Assembly: GCA_002435825.1 (NCBI GenBank)
Contig: DIVL01000028.1
Location: 4,985-68,984, forward strand
DNA length: 64,000 nt
Direction of reading: 5' to 3'
DNA from: Anaerolineaceae bacterium UBA6133
GTDB taxonomy: Bacteria; Chloroflexota; Anaerolineae; Anaerolineales; Anaerolineaceae
Program-made: the position numbers and the translations under genes
Shown: in pieces, positions 1 through 9,931 of the stretch
Layout: each line of letters starts with the position of its first letter
How positions within the stretch are numbered: the first letter of the stretch is position 1
The notes under the pieces: generated by a model
Database searches by the model: none
Told to the model about the DNA's origin: nothing
The model's input: the letters and a program-made list of their open reading frames with translations, nothing else

Positions 1-59
1 CTATCTTGTAGCTGAAATCTTTTTGCATGATCTGCTGGTTCGTGTATCAGAACCGGGAA

Positions 60-962
60 TTAGGGGGCTGCAAAGGGTCCCAGTGGGGTTATCTTGCCAA
101 TCACAACAAAACGCTGACCTAGCCAGTCGTTCGTGCAGGTGTAGAGCGTAACCAGGCGATCACTGGGTGATAGTCTGATTTCTGATTCAATCACGGAATT
201 CTCTTCGATTGTTCGAATCAGGCTGTTGAACTCAGCGTCAGAACTGAAATCCACAACCAGGTAGGTGACGTCTGTTTCGCGGACGACAATGCCGGCGGCA
301 ATGTCCACCCGGTAGACCTGCTCTGGTGTGTAAAGGTAGTAAAAGGGATTCTGTTCATAGAACTGCTGGCTCTTGTACCAAACCAGGTTGCTAAACATGA
401 GCCCATTGTCAAAATTGTGCCCATAGATGATGGTGTTTGGATCGCTGAAGTCACTTTTATTTCGAAAATCGAAAAAGATCGACCCCATCTCCTTGTAGGA
501 CAGATCGAGATCGCGGGTAAGGTAGTATTCGTTATCCGGCGACTTCAGGATTGGGTGATCTACGCGGATAGACTCATTGTGGATCCAGGCCTGGACGTCC
601 GGATTCAAGCTTTGCCAGGCAGGGAAGTCGATTTCGACCAACGAAAGTGCCTGCATCAGCTCCTCAGCATGCGGATTGGGCGTGGGTGTCGGTGCGATGG
701 TGGCAGTGGGCGGCAGCAGTTTGGGCGCTGCAAGGCTTGGCGCGCTGGTCGGCGTGGGGCTTGGGGTGGGGCTTGTCTGGGCTGTGGCGGTTTGATAGTA
801 ATTTGCCATGAACGTGGCAACACTGTTTGCCTGCTGGGTCATCTCATTCAAGGGGCGAGTCGTTTCACCGACGTATTTCAACCCAAAGCTGACCGTCAGG
901 GCAGCTGAGAGCAGAAAAAGCACGCTCAATATCACCAGTATTAGCCTTCGTTTGAGTTCCAT
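60..962 (-). CDS. srtB: Class B sortase, membrane anchored with a Pro/Thr-rich linker
   Basis: 300-aa ORF with an N-terminal TM helix and a PT-rich linker. Sortase-B-like blocks follow: VDHPILKSPDNEYYLTRDL, SIFFDFRN, NTIIYGHN, and the catalytic Cys block LVTLYTCT. Confidence 0.75.
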   Translation of the reverse strand: MELKRRLILVILSVLFLLSAALTVSFGLKYVGETTRPLNEMTQQANSVATFMANYYQTATAQTSPTPSPTPTSAPSLAAPKLLPPTATIAPTPTPNPHAEELMQALSLVEIDFPAWQSLNPDVQAWIHNESIRVDHPILKSPDNEYYLTRDLDLSYKEMGSIFFDFRNKSDFSDPNTIIYGHNFDNGLMFSNLVWYKSQQFYEQNPFYYLYTPEQVYRVDIAAGIVVRETDVTYLVVDFSSDAEFNSLIRTIEENSVIESEIRLSPSDRLVTLYTCTNDWLGQRFVVIGKITPLGPFAAP

Positions 963-1025
963 TTGGGAAGAATAGTATTCTTTTTGCTATGGCAAAATCA
1001 AGTCAATAATGGAATGAGTTTGTAC

Positions 1026-1059
1026 AAAAACAAGCAGACAAAAAAGTCTGCTTGTTTTT
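1026..1059 (-). terminator. Rho-independent terminator downstream of metK (bidirectional shape)
   Basis: Perfect 9-bp stem caagcagac/gtctgcttg with a 6-nt loop, flanked by an A-run on one side and a T-run on the other. It lies 25 bp after the metK stop. Confidence 0.8.
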
Positions 1060-1083
1060 AAGTTGGCTTTATGAGAGGTTTTG

Positions 1084-2319
1084 TTATTCGGTCAGAAGAC
1101 GAACTGCTTCTTTGAGAGCATCGGTTCGGTCGGTTCTTTCCCAGGTCAGGTCAAGATCATCGCGACCGAAGTGCCCGTAGGCAGCCAGTTGGCGATAGAT
1201 CGGACGCAGCAGATCGAGGTCGTGGATGATGGCGCGCGGGCGCAGGTCGAAGACCTTGGCGATCGCCAGGGCGATTTTCTCATCTTCCACGCTGCCAGTG
1301 CCGAAAGTTTCCACGTTGATGCTCAGAGGCTGCGCGACGCCGATGGCATACGACACCTGCACCTCACATCGTTCAGCCAATCCGGCTGCCACCACGTTCT
1401 TCGCTACCCAGCGGGCTGCGTAGGCTGCGGAGCGATCAACCTTTGTCGGATCTTTGCCGCTGAAGGCACCGCCGCCGTGGCGCCCCATGCCGCCGTAAGT
1501 GTCCACGATGATCTTACGTCCGGTCATACCGGCATCGCCCATCGGACCGCCAATCACAAAGCGACCGGTCGGGTTGACGTAGACTTTGGTGTCCTCGTCC
1601 AACAGCTCCGCGGGGATGACAGCCTTGATAACGTGTTCTCGAATGTCTGCCTCGATGCGATCGTGGCTGACTTCTTCGTGATCGAGCTGGTCGGCATGCT
1701 GACTGCTGACAACGATGGTGTGGATGCGAACGGGTTTGCCGTAATGATATTCCACCGTTACCTGGCTTTTGCCGTCGGGGTACATCCAGGGAATGGTGCC
1801 GTCCTTGCGGACCTCCGCCATGCGGCGGGTCAGCTTGTGGGCATAAAAAATTGGCATTGGCATCAGGGTTTCGGTTTCGTTACAGGCAAAACCAAACATC
1901 ATGCCCTGGTCCCCAGCACCGCCAGCTTCAATGAAGGCTTCGTTGTACTCAACCGCTTCCTTCAAGCCGTTTTGGTCCACACCGCGGGAAATATCGGGAC
2001 TCTGATTAGCCAGCGCCACCAACACACCGCAAGTGGAGCCGTCGAAGCCCTTCTTGCCGCGATCGTAGCCGATGTCGTTCACCACTTCGCGCACGAGGGC
2101 GTCGATGTCGACATAGGTCTTGGTGGTCACTTCGCCGTAGGTCAGAACAAAGCCGGTCTTGATGGCTGTTTCGCAGGCTACCCGGCTGGATTTGTCTTCC
2201 CCGATCATGGCATCCAGGATCGCGTCGCTGATCTGGTCGCACATTTTGTCCGGATGACCTTCAGTGACCGATTCAGATGTGAACAGGTACTTGGGTGATT
2301 GCATAAAAGTTGTTGTCAT
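1084..2319 (-). CDS. metK: S-adenosylmethionine synthetase
   Basis: 411-aa ORF with the hallmark motifs [34 protein letters not shown] and [19 protein letters not shown]. Confidence 0.97.
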   Translation of the reverse strand: MTTTFMQSPKYLFTSESVTEGHPDKMCDQISDAILDAMIGEDKSSRVACETAIKTGFVLTYGEVTTKTYVDIDALVREVVNDIGYDRGKKGFDGSTCGVLVALANQSPDISRGVDQNGLKEAVEYNEAFIEAGGAGDQGMMFGFACNETETLMPMPIFYAHKLTRRMAEVRKDGTIPWMYPDGKSQVTVEYHYGKPVRIHTIVVSSQHADQLDHEEVSHDRIEADIREHVIKAVIPAELLDEDTKVYVNPTGRFVIGGPMGDAGMTGRKIIVDTYGGMGRHGGGAFSGKDPTKVDRSAAYAARWVAKNVVAAGLAERCEVQVSYAIGVAQPLSINVETFGTGSVEDEKIALAIAKVFDLRPRAIIHDLDLLRPIYRQLAAYGHFGRDDLDLTWERTDRTDALKEAVRLLTE

Positions 2320-2342
2320 TGTGTAAACCTCCTCAGGTTACG

Positions 2343-2490
<148 letters not shown>

Positions 2491-2559
2491 CCGCAAGGGC
2501 TATGTAATTGCCTGTGTTATACCACAAGCTATTCAAGCAGGCAAGGATAAGAGATTTGT

Positions 2560-2900
2560 CAAGGCAATTGCACCGAACTTCTGAGAATACTTTTCTCCGT
2601 AGGGCGAGGTTGAGGGCACCGTGTACCTTTTGATGGGTAGTTGTGTTGTGCCCTCAACCCGCCGTTCAGACTAACAGGGTGGATAAGCAGCAGCACATTA
2701 TTTGTGGGGGTCATAATGTTTAGATCGCCACGTCGCTTCGCTCCTCGCGATGACAAAAAATGTAGAATGCAATAGCGTCAAGGAACCGTTTTTTTGTAGG
2801 GTGGGTTGGCGTCACAAAATCTGAACAAACTTGATCCTATTCTAGCCAACCCACCGGGTAGCAGCCTATTATTGGTGGGTTGGCTATTTCGAAGTTATTA
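2560..2900. repeat. Cluster of modular palindromic (REP/MITE-like) repeats
   Basis: Contains the core module gttgagatcgccacgtcgcttcgctcctcgcgatgac in reverse orientation at 2718-2754. Also contains gtagggtgggttggcgtcac and the inverted pair agccaacccacc/ggtgggttggct. The same modules recur at about 15.1 kb and 47.0-48.0 kb. Confidence 0.8.
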
Positions 2901-3054
2901 AAGGACGAAATTCTCTGACGCCATACTCTTCGAGCACGATGACCCACCCTACTAAGATTATGACGGAAAAGGTGAGACCTAGGTTCTATGCTTTTCCCAC
3001 TTCGGATAAAATAGGTTATGCTTAAGCTTTGTTCAAACACTGAAGGAGGTCAAT

Positions 3055-3612
3055 ATGATTGATGAACTGTTAAGAGAGTCCAAACAGCGCATGCGAGGCG
3101 CATTGGAAGTGTTGGAAGATGATCTGATAGCGATCCGAACCGGGCGGGCATCACCCGCGCTGGTCGAAAGACTGCAGGTTGAGTACTATGGCTCCAGCCT
3201 CTCACTGATTCAACTTGCCACCATCAGTGTGCCCGAATCACGTCAGCTGCTCATTCGTCCTTTTGATACCTCATCGTTCAAAGCTATCGAGCGTGCCATC
3301 CAGGCTTCAGATCTGGGTCTCACCCCCAACAGCGATGGTAAGGTGATTCGCCTCAACCTGCCGCCTCTCACAGAGGAACGCCGGCGCGACTTGGTAAAAA
3401 TGGTCCATTCACGCCTTGAGGATTGCCGGGTAGCCATCCGCAACATCCGGCGCGACAGCCTGAAAGATATGCGTGAGTTTGAGAAAGAGAAATTGATTTC
3501 TGAGGACGAACTCAAAAGGGGTGAGGATGATCTGCAGGATCTGACCGACGAAATGGTGGCTGAGGTGGACGTTATCGGCGACCGCAAAGAAAAAGAGATC
3601 ATGGAATTCTAA
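3055..3612 (+). CDS. frr: Ribosome recycling factor
   Basis: 185-aa ORF that looks like RRF along its whole length (IRTGRASPALVERLQVEYYG, RPFD, LNLPPLTEERRRDLVK). RBS GAAGGAGG lies upstream. Confidence 0.95.
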   Translation: MIDELLRESKQRMRGALEVLEDDLIAIRTGRASPALVERLQVEYYGSSLSLIQLATISVPESRQLLIRPFDTSSFKAIERAIQASDLGLTPNSDGKVIRLNLPPLTEERRRDLVKMVHSRLEDCRVAIRNIRRDSLKDMREFEKEKLISEDELKRGEDDLQDLTDEMVAEVDVIGDRKEKEIMEF

Positions 3613-3614
3613 GC

Positions 3615-4325
3615 ATGTCCGAAACAAGCAGGCGCGTGCCGGAACATGTCGGCATTATCATGGACGGAAACGGTCGCTGGGCGAAAGCGCGCGGTTTGCC
3701 GCGGCTGGCTGGGCACCGGGCTGGAACAAAAAACTTGCGCCGCATCATCCGCGCCGCAGCCAATGCCGGCATCAAGCACCTGACCTTCTATGCCTTCTCC
3801 ACTGAAAACTGGAGCCGTCCCAAAGAAGAGGTTGGCGGTTTGATGGGTCTTCTGGGCGAATTTATCGAAACGGAAACCCCGGAGCTGCATAAGGAAGGCG
3901 CACGCCTGCTTCACATCGGTCATCTTGAACATCTCGAGCCGCAATTACGCCAAAAGATCGAAAATGCGATCGAGTTGACCAAAAATAACACCCGAATTGA
4001 CGTTATCTTCGCTATCAGTTACGGCGGGCGCGATGAAATCGTGACTGCGGTCAGGAAGATCGTCGCGTCGGGCATCCCGGCTGAAGAGATAACTCAGCAG
4101 ACTCTGTCCGATAATATGTTTACCGCGGGCATTCCGGACCCGGACTTGATCATCCGCACTTCTGGCGAATTGCGCACCAGTAACTTCCTCACCTGGCAAA
4201 GCGTCTACAGTGAGTGGGCTTTTCCGGAAGTGTTATGGCCGGACTTTGACGAAGCTACCCTGGCAGAGATCCTTGAAGATTTCGCCAAACGCGACCGCCG
4301 CTTTGGCGGATTGAGCAAAAAGTAA
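3615..4325 (+). CDS. uppS: Isoprenyl transferase (undecaprenyl-diphosphate synthase family)
   Basis: HVGIIMDGNGRWAKARG, TFYAFSTENWSRP and IRTSGELRTSNFLTWQ motifs. Tightly linked to frr and cdsA. Confidence 0.93.
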   Translation: MSETSRRVPEHVGIIMDGNGRWAKARGLPRLAGHRAGTKNLRRIIRAAANAGIKHLTFYAFSTENWSRPKEEVGGLMGLLGEFIETETPELHKEGARLLHIGHLEHLEPQLRQKIENAIELTKNNTRIDVIFAISYGGRDEIVTAVRKIVASGIPAEEITQQTLSDNMFTAGIPDPDLIIRTSGELRTSNFLTWQSVYSEWAFPEVLWPDFDEATLAEILEDFAKRDRRFGGLSKK

Positions 4326-5137
4326 TGCTGCGCCAGCGGGCACTTTCGGCCTTGATTTTTGTGCCCCTGTTCTTGGGTCTGGTATGGCTTGGGGGGATTA
4401 CCTTTGACTTATTTCTGTTAGTTGTGTTGGCATATGCGGGTTTTGAATATACCCGCATGCTTCATAACTCAGGCTACAAAGTTTCTTACCCGCTGATGAT
4501 TGCCGCCATTTGCATGCTGGTCTTACTGCGTATATTCCTGACCGCATGGCTGGAGCCGCTGGCGTGGACGGTGATCCTGGTGTTGCTGGGTGGTTACAGT
4601 CTCTGGCAGTACGAGCATGGGGATGAGCAAGCCTTCATCTGCCTGGGGCTGCAGGTTTTTGGCGTGTTCTTTATTGGCGTCTTGGGGGCTTATGGCATCT
4701 CGCTCAATCAAAGCCAGCCGCATGGAAACCTTTGGCTGCTGGTGACGATTGCACTGGTGTGGCTGGTGGATACCGGCGCGTATTTGATCGGCAGTCGGTT
4801 TGGAAAGCGCAAGGTTGCGCCCAGGCTCAGCCCGAAAAAGACCCTTGAAGGTTTGATCGGCGGCACGCTGGTGGGACTGCTTTCGGGAGTATTGATCGGC
4901 TGGATCCTGCGCAAGCCATTGCCGGAGTTGGGAATGTTTAATGGCGCGGTTTTAGGGTTTTTGATGGGTCCGACGGCGTTCTTTGGGGATACGCTCATGA
5001 GCCTGATCAAACGCACGCTGGCAGTGAAGGATACTGGCAGTTTGATCCCTGGTCACGGCGGCGTGCTCGACCGCCTGGATTCGATGCTCTGGGCTATGGC
5101 AGTGGGGTATTATTTTTTCATGTTTTTTGGATTGTAA
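4325..5137 (+). CDS. cdsA: Phosphatidate cytidylyltransferase
   Basis: Polytopic membrane ORF with the CTP-transferase signature SLIKRTLAVKDTGSLIPGHGGVLDRLDS. Its start overlaps the uppS stop (TAATG). Confidence 0.9.
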   Translation: MLRQRALSALIFVPLFLGLVWLGGITFDLFLLVVLAYAGFEYTRMLHNSGYKVSYPLMIAAICMLVLLRIFLTAWLEPLAWTVILVLLGGYSLWQYEHGDEQAFICLGLQVFGVFFIGVLGAYGISLNQSQPHGNLWLLVTIALVWLVDTGAYLIGSRFGKRKVAPRLSPKKTLEGLIGGTLVGLLSGVLIGWILRKPLPELGMFNGAVLGFLMGPTAFFGDTLMSLIKRTLAVKDTGSLIPGHGGVLDRLDSMLWAMAVGYYFFMFFGL

Positions 5138-5139
5138 AG

Positions 5140-5610
5140 TCGCCGTAGGGGAGACGCCCGCGTCGCCCTTATCCGGAAATACCCTTGTAGGCGGAACCCC
5201 CCCCGTGGTGACCCGCGTGATTACCCGTTTCGGTCGAGGCAGGCCATCGACCCTACAGGACGTATTTGATACCCGATCGCCGTAGGGAAAGGGCTTGCCT
5301 TTTCCATGACTTCTTGGTTGATGCGGCCATCAACCCTCCGCCGATGATGTAAACGTCGGAGTGAGCCCGCGAGAGGTAAATTGCTGGCAAAAGGTTTGGG
5401 GCGGTCTCATTCCGACCTTCAAAAAAGCCGGATTGAACCCCATTCGCTACGCTCAGGGGCAGGTGAAACGCAATCCGGCCTACATTACTGCCCCTAAAAC
5501 AATTAACCTCTTTAGGTTCGTGGTTACCCGTTGAGACTGGGAGACCTACGGTCAAGCAGCGTGCACGGTCCCACAGGGAGGCTTCGCACTCAAGAGACCG
5601 GCACGATCGA
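5140..5610. repeat. Composite cluster of gtagg-flanked palindromic repeat modules, including a conserved hairpin element
   Basis: Modules are shared with 53866-54050, 58427-59035 and 61800-61960: cccccgtggt.acc...ggtcgaggcaggcc.tcgaccctac, gccggattgaacccc...caatccggcctac, and cccacaggg(g)aggctt. The internal ORF 5253-5555 is judged non-coding. Confidence 0.7.
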
Positions 5611-5613
5611 TTC

Positions 5614-7257
5614 TTATTGTCCCAACGCCGCGTCGACGATCTCGCGGGCTTCCTTTTGGATCTGGGCCAGGTGCTCGGCGCTCTTGAGACTCTCGGCGTA
5701 GATCTTGTAAATATCTTCCGTTCCCGAAGGTCTGGCGGCGAACCAGCCGTTCTCGGTGGTCACCTTCAGTCCGCCAATTGGCGCGTGATTGCAGGTGGCG
5801 GCGGTGAGCTTATCTAAAATCGGATCTCCAGCCATCATCTCAGCTTTCACCAGGTCCGGAGAAAGGTTGCCCAAAATCGATTTCTGTTTGGCGTTCGCGG
5901 GCGCGTCCTGGCGGGCATAGAAACTTCCGCCCAACTCCGCCTCGAGCGCCTGGTAATGCAGCCCCGGATCCTTACCGGTCACAGCCAGCATCTCCGCAGC
6001 CAGCAGGTTGAGGATAATCCCATCCTTATCGGTCGTCCAGGTCTCGCCGTTTTTACGCAGGAACGAAGCCCCGGCGCTTTCCTCCCCGCCGAAGCCGATG
6101 CTGCCATCCAGCAGTCCGGGAACAAACCACTTGAAGCCCACCGGCACTTCGCACAGTTTACGACCGATTTTTTTGACCACTTTGTCGATGATCGAACTGG
6201 AAACCAGCGTTTTTCCAACAGCGGCTTCTGCCGGCCAACCAGGACGGTGCTGGAAGAGGTACCAAATCGCCACACTGAGGTAAGCGTTGGGGTTCATCAA
6301 GCCCACGCTGGGGGTGACGATGCCGTGCCGGTCGTAATCAACATCGTTGCCAAAGGAGATGTCAAAATCATCTTTCATGGCAACCAGGCTGGCCATCGCG
6401 TAGGGGGAGGAGCAATCCATTCGGATCTTGCCATCCCTATCCAGGGTCATGAAGGAGAAAGTCGGGTCAACGCGTTTGTTGACAACCTCAAGATTGAGCC
6501 CGTACATCTCAGCCATGGGTTCCCAATAGGCAATGCCCGAACCGCCCAGCGGATCAACGCCGATGTGGATGCCCGAGTCGGCGATCGCCTGCATATCAAC
6601 CACGTTGATCAGGTCTTTTAGATAAGGATTCAGCAGGTCGATTTGTTTGGTTGTGTCGGCTGCCATGGCCTTGTTGAGTGGCATCCGGCGCACATCCAAC
6701 ATATCGTTGGCGATGATCTCGTTGGCGCGGTTCTGGATCCACTTGGTGGTGACCGTGTCGGCTGGACCGCCGTTGGGTGGGTTGTACTTGAAACCGCCGT
6801 CTTCGGGAGGGTTGTGCGAAGGGGAAATGACAACCCCATCCGCTTGCACGCCCTTGTGGCTCGCATTCCAGGTCAGGATGGCGTGTGAGATGACCGGCGT
6901 GGGGGTGTATTGATGCTTTTGATGGATATGGATCTCCATCGCGTTGCCTGCGAAGACCTCAATGGCGGTATAAAGCGCCGGCTCCGAAAGCCCGTGAGTG
7001 TCCATGCCCATGAAAAGTGGACCAGTGATGCCCTCGCCGCGGCGGTATTCGTAGATCGCCTGGCTGATGGCAGCCACGTGGTCATCGTTGAAACTGCCGT
7101 TCAGCGAGCTGCCGCGATGCCCCGAGGTGCCAAAAGCGACCGCCTGAGCTGGGTTGCCCGGTTCGGGGTGCTGCGTGTAGTAGGCTGAGATCAAGCGCGG
7201 GATGTTGGTGAGTGATTCGATCGGCGCGGGTTTGCCTGCCAGTGGATGAATGCTCAT
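5614..7257 (-). CDS. pgm: Phosphoglucomutase (alpha-D-glucose phosphate-specific)
   Basis: 547-aa ORF with the active-site block GVVISPSHNPPEDGGFKYN, the metal loop GVDPLGG and GGEESAG. Confidence 0.93.
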   Translation of the reverse strand: MSIHPLAGKPAPIESLTNIPRLISAYYTQHPEPGNPAQAVAFGTSGHRGSSLNGSFNDDHVAAISQAIYEYRRGEGITGPLFMGMDTHGLSEPALYTAIEVFAGNAMEIHIHQKHQYTPTPVISHAILTWNASHKGVQADGVVISPSHNPPEDGGFKYNPPNGGPADTVTTKWIQNRANEIIANDMLDVRRMPLNKAMAADTTKQIDLLNPYLKDLINVVDMQAIADSGIHIGVDPLGGSGIAYWEPMAEMYGLNLEVVNKRVDPTFSFMTLDRDGKIRMDCSSPYAMASLVAMKDDFDISFGNDVDYDRHGIVTPSVGLMNPNAYLSVAIWYLFQHRPGWPAEAAVGKTLVSSSIIDKVVKKIGRKLCEVPVGFKWFVPGLLDGSIGFGGEESAGASFLRKNGETWTTDKDGIILNLLAAEMLAVTGKDPGLHYQALEAELGGSFYARQDAPANAKQKSILGNLSPDLVKAEMMAGDPILDKLTAATCNHAPIGGLKVTTENGWFAARPSGTEDIYKIYAESLKSAEHLAQIQKEAREIVDAALGQ

Positions 7258-7429
7258 AAAGTCTCCTCTTCTTCATCAGGCTTTTGCCTGCTGGATGGTA
7301 TGAATTCTTCCTGCCCCTTATCGGTTTGTAATAAGTGATATGTAATTTTATCATGCAGCTTCTCCAATTTCTGGTGAACTTGGAAAAAGCACAGGGCAAT
7401 AGCATCATGAGCCTTTTATTGTAAGAGAA

Positions 7430-7790
7430 GCGAAGTTATCTCATCTTGATTCCGTCATCGCGAGTCTCTTTTGCGAAGCACTCTCGCTGTTCAAGTTCTA
7501 CACTTCTTTAGGATACGAGATTGCTTCATCACTTTGTCAACTGATGCCAGGATATCCCGCGAGGTGACTTGACAAAGTGATTCGCAATGACGCCCCCGCC
7601 GTCATCGCGAGCCTCTCCTGCCCTTGTGTCTTTTTACAAGGGTTGCGCCTGTGCCCGCGCAGCAGGGTAAAGCGATCTCATCATGCAAAGACGAAATTGC
7701 TTCGTCACTTTGCCAATCCGATGTCAGAGTAACCCATGAAATTGCTGGGCAATGTGGCTCACAGTAACGAAAATATTCTTGGAAATATGC
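7430..7790. repeat. Degenerate palindromic repeat cluster (cgtcatcgcgag family)
   Basis: Two copies of ccgtcatcgcgag(t/c)ctc, plus the inverted pair tcactttgtcaa/ttgacaaagtga and a second weaker copy (gtcactttgccaa...). Confidence 0.6.
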
Positions 7791-7813
7791 TGCATTTGCC
7801 CTGGTAAGTTGAA

Positions 7814-7851
7814 CAAAAAAACACCCCGGAAAGATGTTCTTTTCCGGGGTG
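7814..7851 (-). terminator. Rho-independent terminator after the SIMPL-domain gene
   Basis: 11-bp stem caccccggaaa/tttccggggtg followed, on the minus strand, by a U8 run. Confidence 0.8.
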
Positions 7852-7885
7852 ATGATTTCGAGCTTCTTGTAGAAAGCAGGAGCGC

Positions 7886-8647
7886 TTATTCGATTACGTA
7901 GATCAGGTTTGCGTCAAATGTGACCACGATCTGTCCGGCTGAGACGGGCACGGATGAGTATGCATCCATTGCCGCACCACCGCCCATACCGTAGGGTGAA
8001 TAGGGCTGCACATAAGAGGTGTTAGACACGTTGATGGTCTGAATTTGACCCAAGGTGACACCAGCTGTAGCAGCCGTTGCCAGCGCTTTTGCTTCGGCAT
8101 CCTTGATGGCAAGGTCTCTTGCCTGATCGAGAGCAGCCTGGCGATTGGCGATATCGAAGTTGATACCGTATATCTGGTTGGCGCCAGCGCTCAGCGCCGC
8201 ATCCAGAACCTGGCTCAGTTTGGTCAGGTCACGCACGGTCACATACAGGGTGTTTTCAACCGAATAGCTGATGTAGCTGGGTTGACCCATCTGATCGTAC
8301 TGCTGGATTGAGTAGACATTGAAGTTCGCAGTCTGTAAATCTTTTTCCTCAACGCCCATGGCTTTGATCGCATCAGAAATTGCGGTTGCCTGGGTGTTGT
8401 TGGCTGCAAGAGCAGAAGAGACATCCTGTGCCTCACTGCGGACACCAATGTTGATATACGCCAGGTCTGGCACGAGCATAACCTTTCCGGTTCCCGTCAC
8501 GCTCATAGTGCGAAGCGGAGCTGACGCGGATTGCGGGGAAGTGTTTGTTGCATCGGCTTGCTGAACTGGCAGCATAGTACAAGCTGAGAGTCCAATAGTG
8601 GCAACTAACAGCAAAGCAATAAATGTGAATAGGTGTTTCTTGTTCAT
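7886..8647 (-). CDS. SIMPL (DUF541) domain lipoprotein
   Basis: 253-aa ORF with a signal peptide and lipobox (LSAC). The fold-length pattern is typical of SIMPL / 26-kDa periplasmic immunogenic proteins (GTGKVMLVPDLAYINIGV...VTFDANLIYVIE). Confidence 0.75.
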   Translation of the reverse strand: MNKKHLFTFIALLLVATIGLSACTMLPVQQADATNTSPQSASAPLRTMSVTGTGKVMLVPDLAYINIGVRSEAQDVSSALAANNTQATAISDAIKAMGVEEKDLQTANFNVYSIQQYDQMGQPSYISYSVENTLYVTVRDLTKLSQVLDAALSAGANQIYGINFDIANRQAALDQARDLAIKDAEAKALATAATAGVTLGQIQTINVSNTSYVQPYSPYGMGGGAAMDAYSSVPVSAGQIVVTFDANLIYVIE

Positions 8648-8764
8648 TTTATTCTCCTTAGATTGTCATAAATCTGTCCTATTAACGTCATGTGGGGCTT
8701 TTTTGTTCCATTTTGATTCCCTGGCTTGGATATAATAAGGAGACAAACTGCCTTTAAGGAGAGT

Positions 8765-9931
8765 ATGCCGGTAAATTATGCTCAGTTAGAACACAGCCAG
8801 GGTCAATTCGCAGCCCAATACGCTGCCTGGCAGGCAGAACAAGCCGCCCGCTCTGCGGCGCTGCAGAGCCTGCTCAGCGAAGCCGCTGCGGATCCTGACC
8901 TGCTGCGCCAGGCAATTGAGGAGGCTGAACAACAGCTGACGAACCTCTACCTGGCAAAACCGACCAACGAGCCGATCCTGACCCACATGCCTCTGCCCCA
9001 GGCACCCGAGTGTTATACCCTGATTGCGGCAGATGGCTCCCAGATCGTCCCCAGCCGGCATCGTGCCTTGCAGTTCGGCGTGGTCAACGTCGGCTTGATC
9101 AAGGCGCACATTGGCAGTGGTGAACCCCCTGAGATCAGGGTTGAGACCGAATTGCTCGCCATGGACCAGATCCAGACCGATCAGGGAAATCTGATTGGCG
9201 AGGATGAAGTGGCGCTCCTGCGCGACCTGGCGGAGCGCAAATTGATCCGCCAGGCAGTCTCGCCTGAGGACCTTGAGCCTGTTATCACCCTCACCGATGG
9301 TCCGCTGGACGTCTTCTACCGCTCTACCATCCAGGGCGACCGGGGTCAGCAGGTGCAGCAGGAAGTCTTTGAAATTGACCAGGACTTACGGCAGCGCGGT
9401 GTGGTGACGGCCGGTTACATTGATAAGCCCGGTTCCGCCATGCTCAGCCGCATGCTGGCGATCTTCCAGTGCAAGCGCCAGGGCTTACCGCTCGAGTCCA
9501 ATAATCGCGAGCTCAACCTGAGCGACCGTTTCATCTTGCAGGAAATCCTGCGTTTGCCAGGAGAACGCTCCGCGATCTTCGAAGCCATCACCCGTAACGC
9601 CAGAAAACCTGCCAACAGCTTGCCGGTTGCGTTCTTTTACCTGAACGTCAGCTGTGATGAGACGGAATCCTGCCTGGTTCGCCTTGAATTCCCCCTGTGG
9701 GTTACCGAAGTGCCCGGCCTGGTGGACAAGCTGCATGCCGTGATCTACAAGGAAGCCCAGGTGCTTGATTCTCACCCTTACCCCTACCTCTTGCATCGGT
9801 CGCATGAGCTGGCCATTGTCAAGCGCATCGAAGCGGATGAGGTCGAAGTGATCTTGCAGAGCCAGCTTGATCCCCAGATTCGTGCCCGCCAACAACGTTC
9901 AAACAAAGATTACCTGAAAGGACTCTCATGA
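8765..9931 (+). CDS. nurA: NurA-family 5'-3' nuclease
   Basis: NurA-type blocks IAADGSQI (catalytic Asp), ITLTDGPL and GYIDKPGS. I place the start at the ATG at 8765 behind RBS AAGGAGAG; the track start at 8726 is a TTG. The stop overlaps the next ORF (ATGA). Confidence 0.7.
   Translation: MPVNYAQLEHSQGQFAAQYAAWQAEQAARSAALQSLLSEAAADPDLLRQAIEEAEQQLTNLYLAKPTNEPILTHMPLPQAPECYTLIAADGSQIVPSRHRALQFGVVNVGLIKAHIGSGEPPEIRVETELLAMDQIQTDQGNLIGEDEVALLRDLAERKLIRQAVSPEDLEPVITLTDGPLDVFYRSTIQGDRGQQVQQEVFEIDQDLRQRGVVTAGYIDKPGSAMLSRMLAIFQCKRQGLPLESNNRELNLSDRFILQEILRLPGERSAIFEAITRNARKPANSLPVAFFYLNVSCDETESCLVRLEFPLWVTEVPGLVDKLHAVIYKEAQVLDSHPYPYLLHRSHELAIVKRIEADEVEVILQSQLDPQIRARQQRSNKDYLKGLS

Noticed and set aside
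1081-2298. 405-aa ORF on the plus strand, antisense to metK
   Set aside because: It is a shadow ORF of a GC-rich gene. The opposite strand encodes an unmistakable MetK along its whole length. The antisense product is low-complexity with no recognisable motif.
5253-5555. A 100-aa ORF, and ORF 58427-58630, sharing GRNETA and A(H/R)SD(V/I)(Y/H)I(I/V)GG islands. Considered as gene remnants or as a known structured RNA (RNase P, tmRNA, group II intron domain V, hammerhead).
   Set aside because: Similarity is confined to two short islands that coincide with DNA hairpins. None of the diagnostic motifs of those RNA classes is present: GGAAAGUCCGG for RNase P, a tRNA-like end plus tag for tmRNA, the DV consensus, or the CUGAUGA/GAAA core. 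I kept it as an unclassified structured repeat instead.
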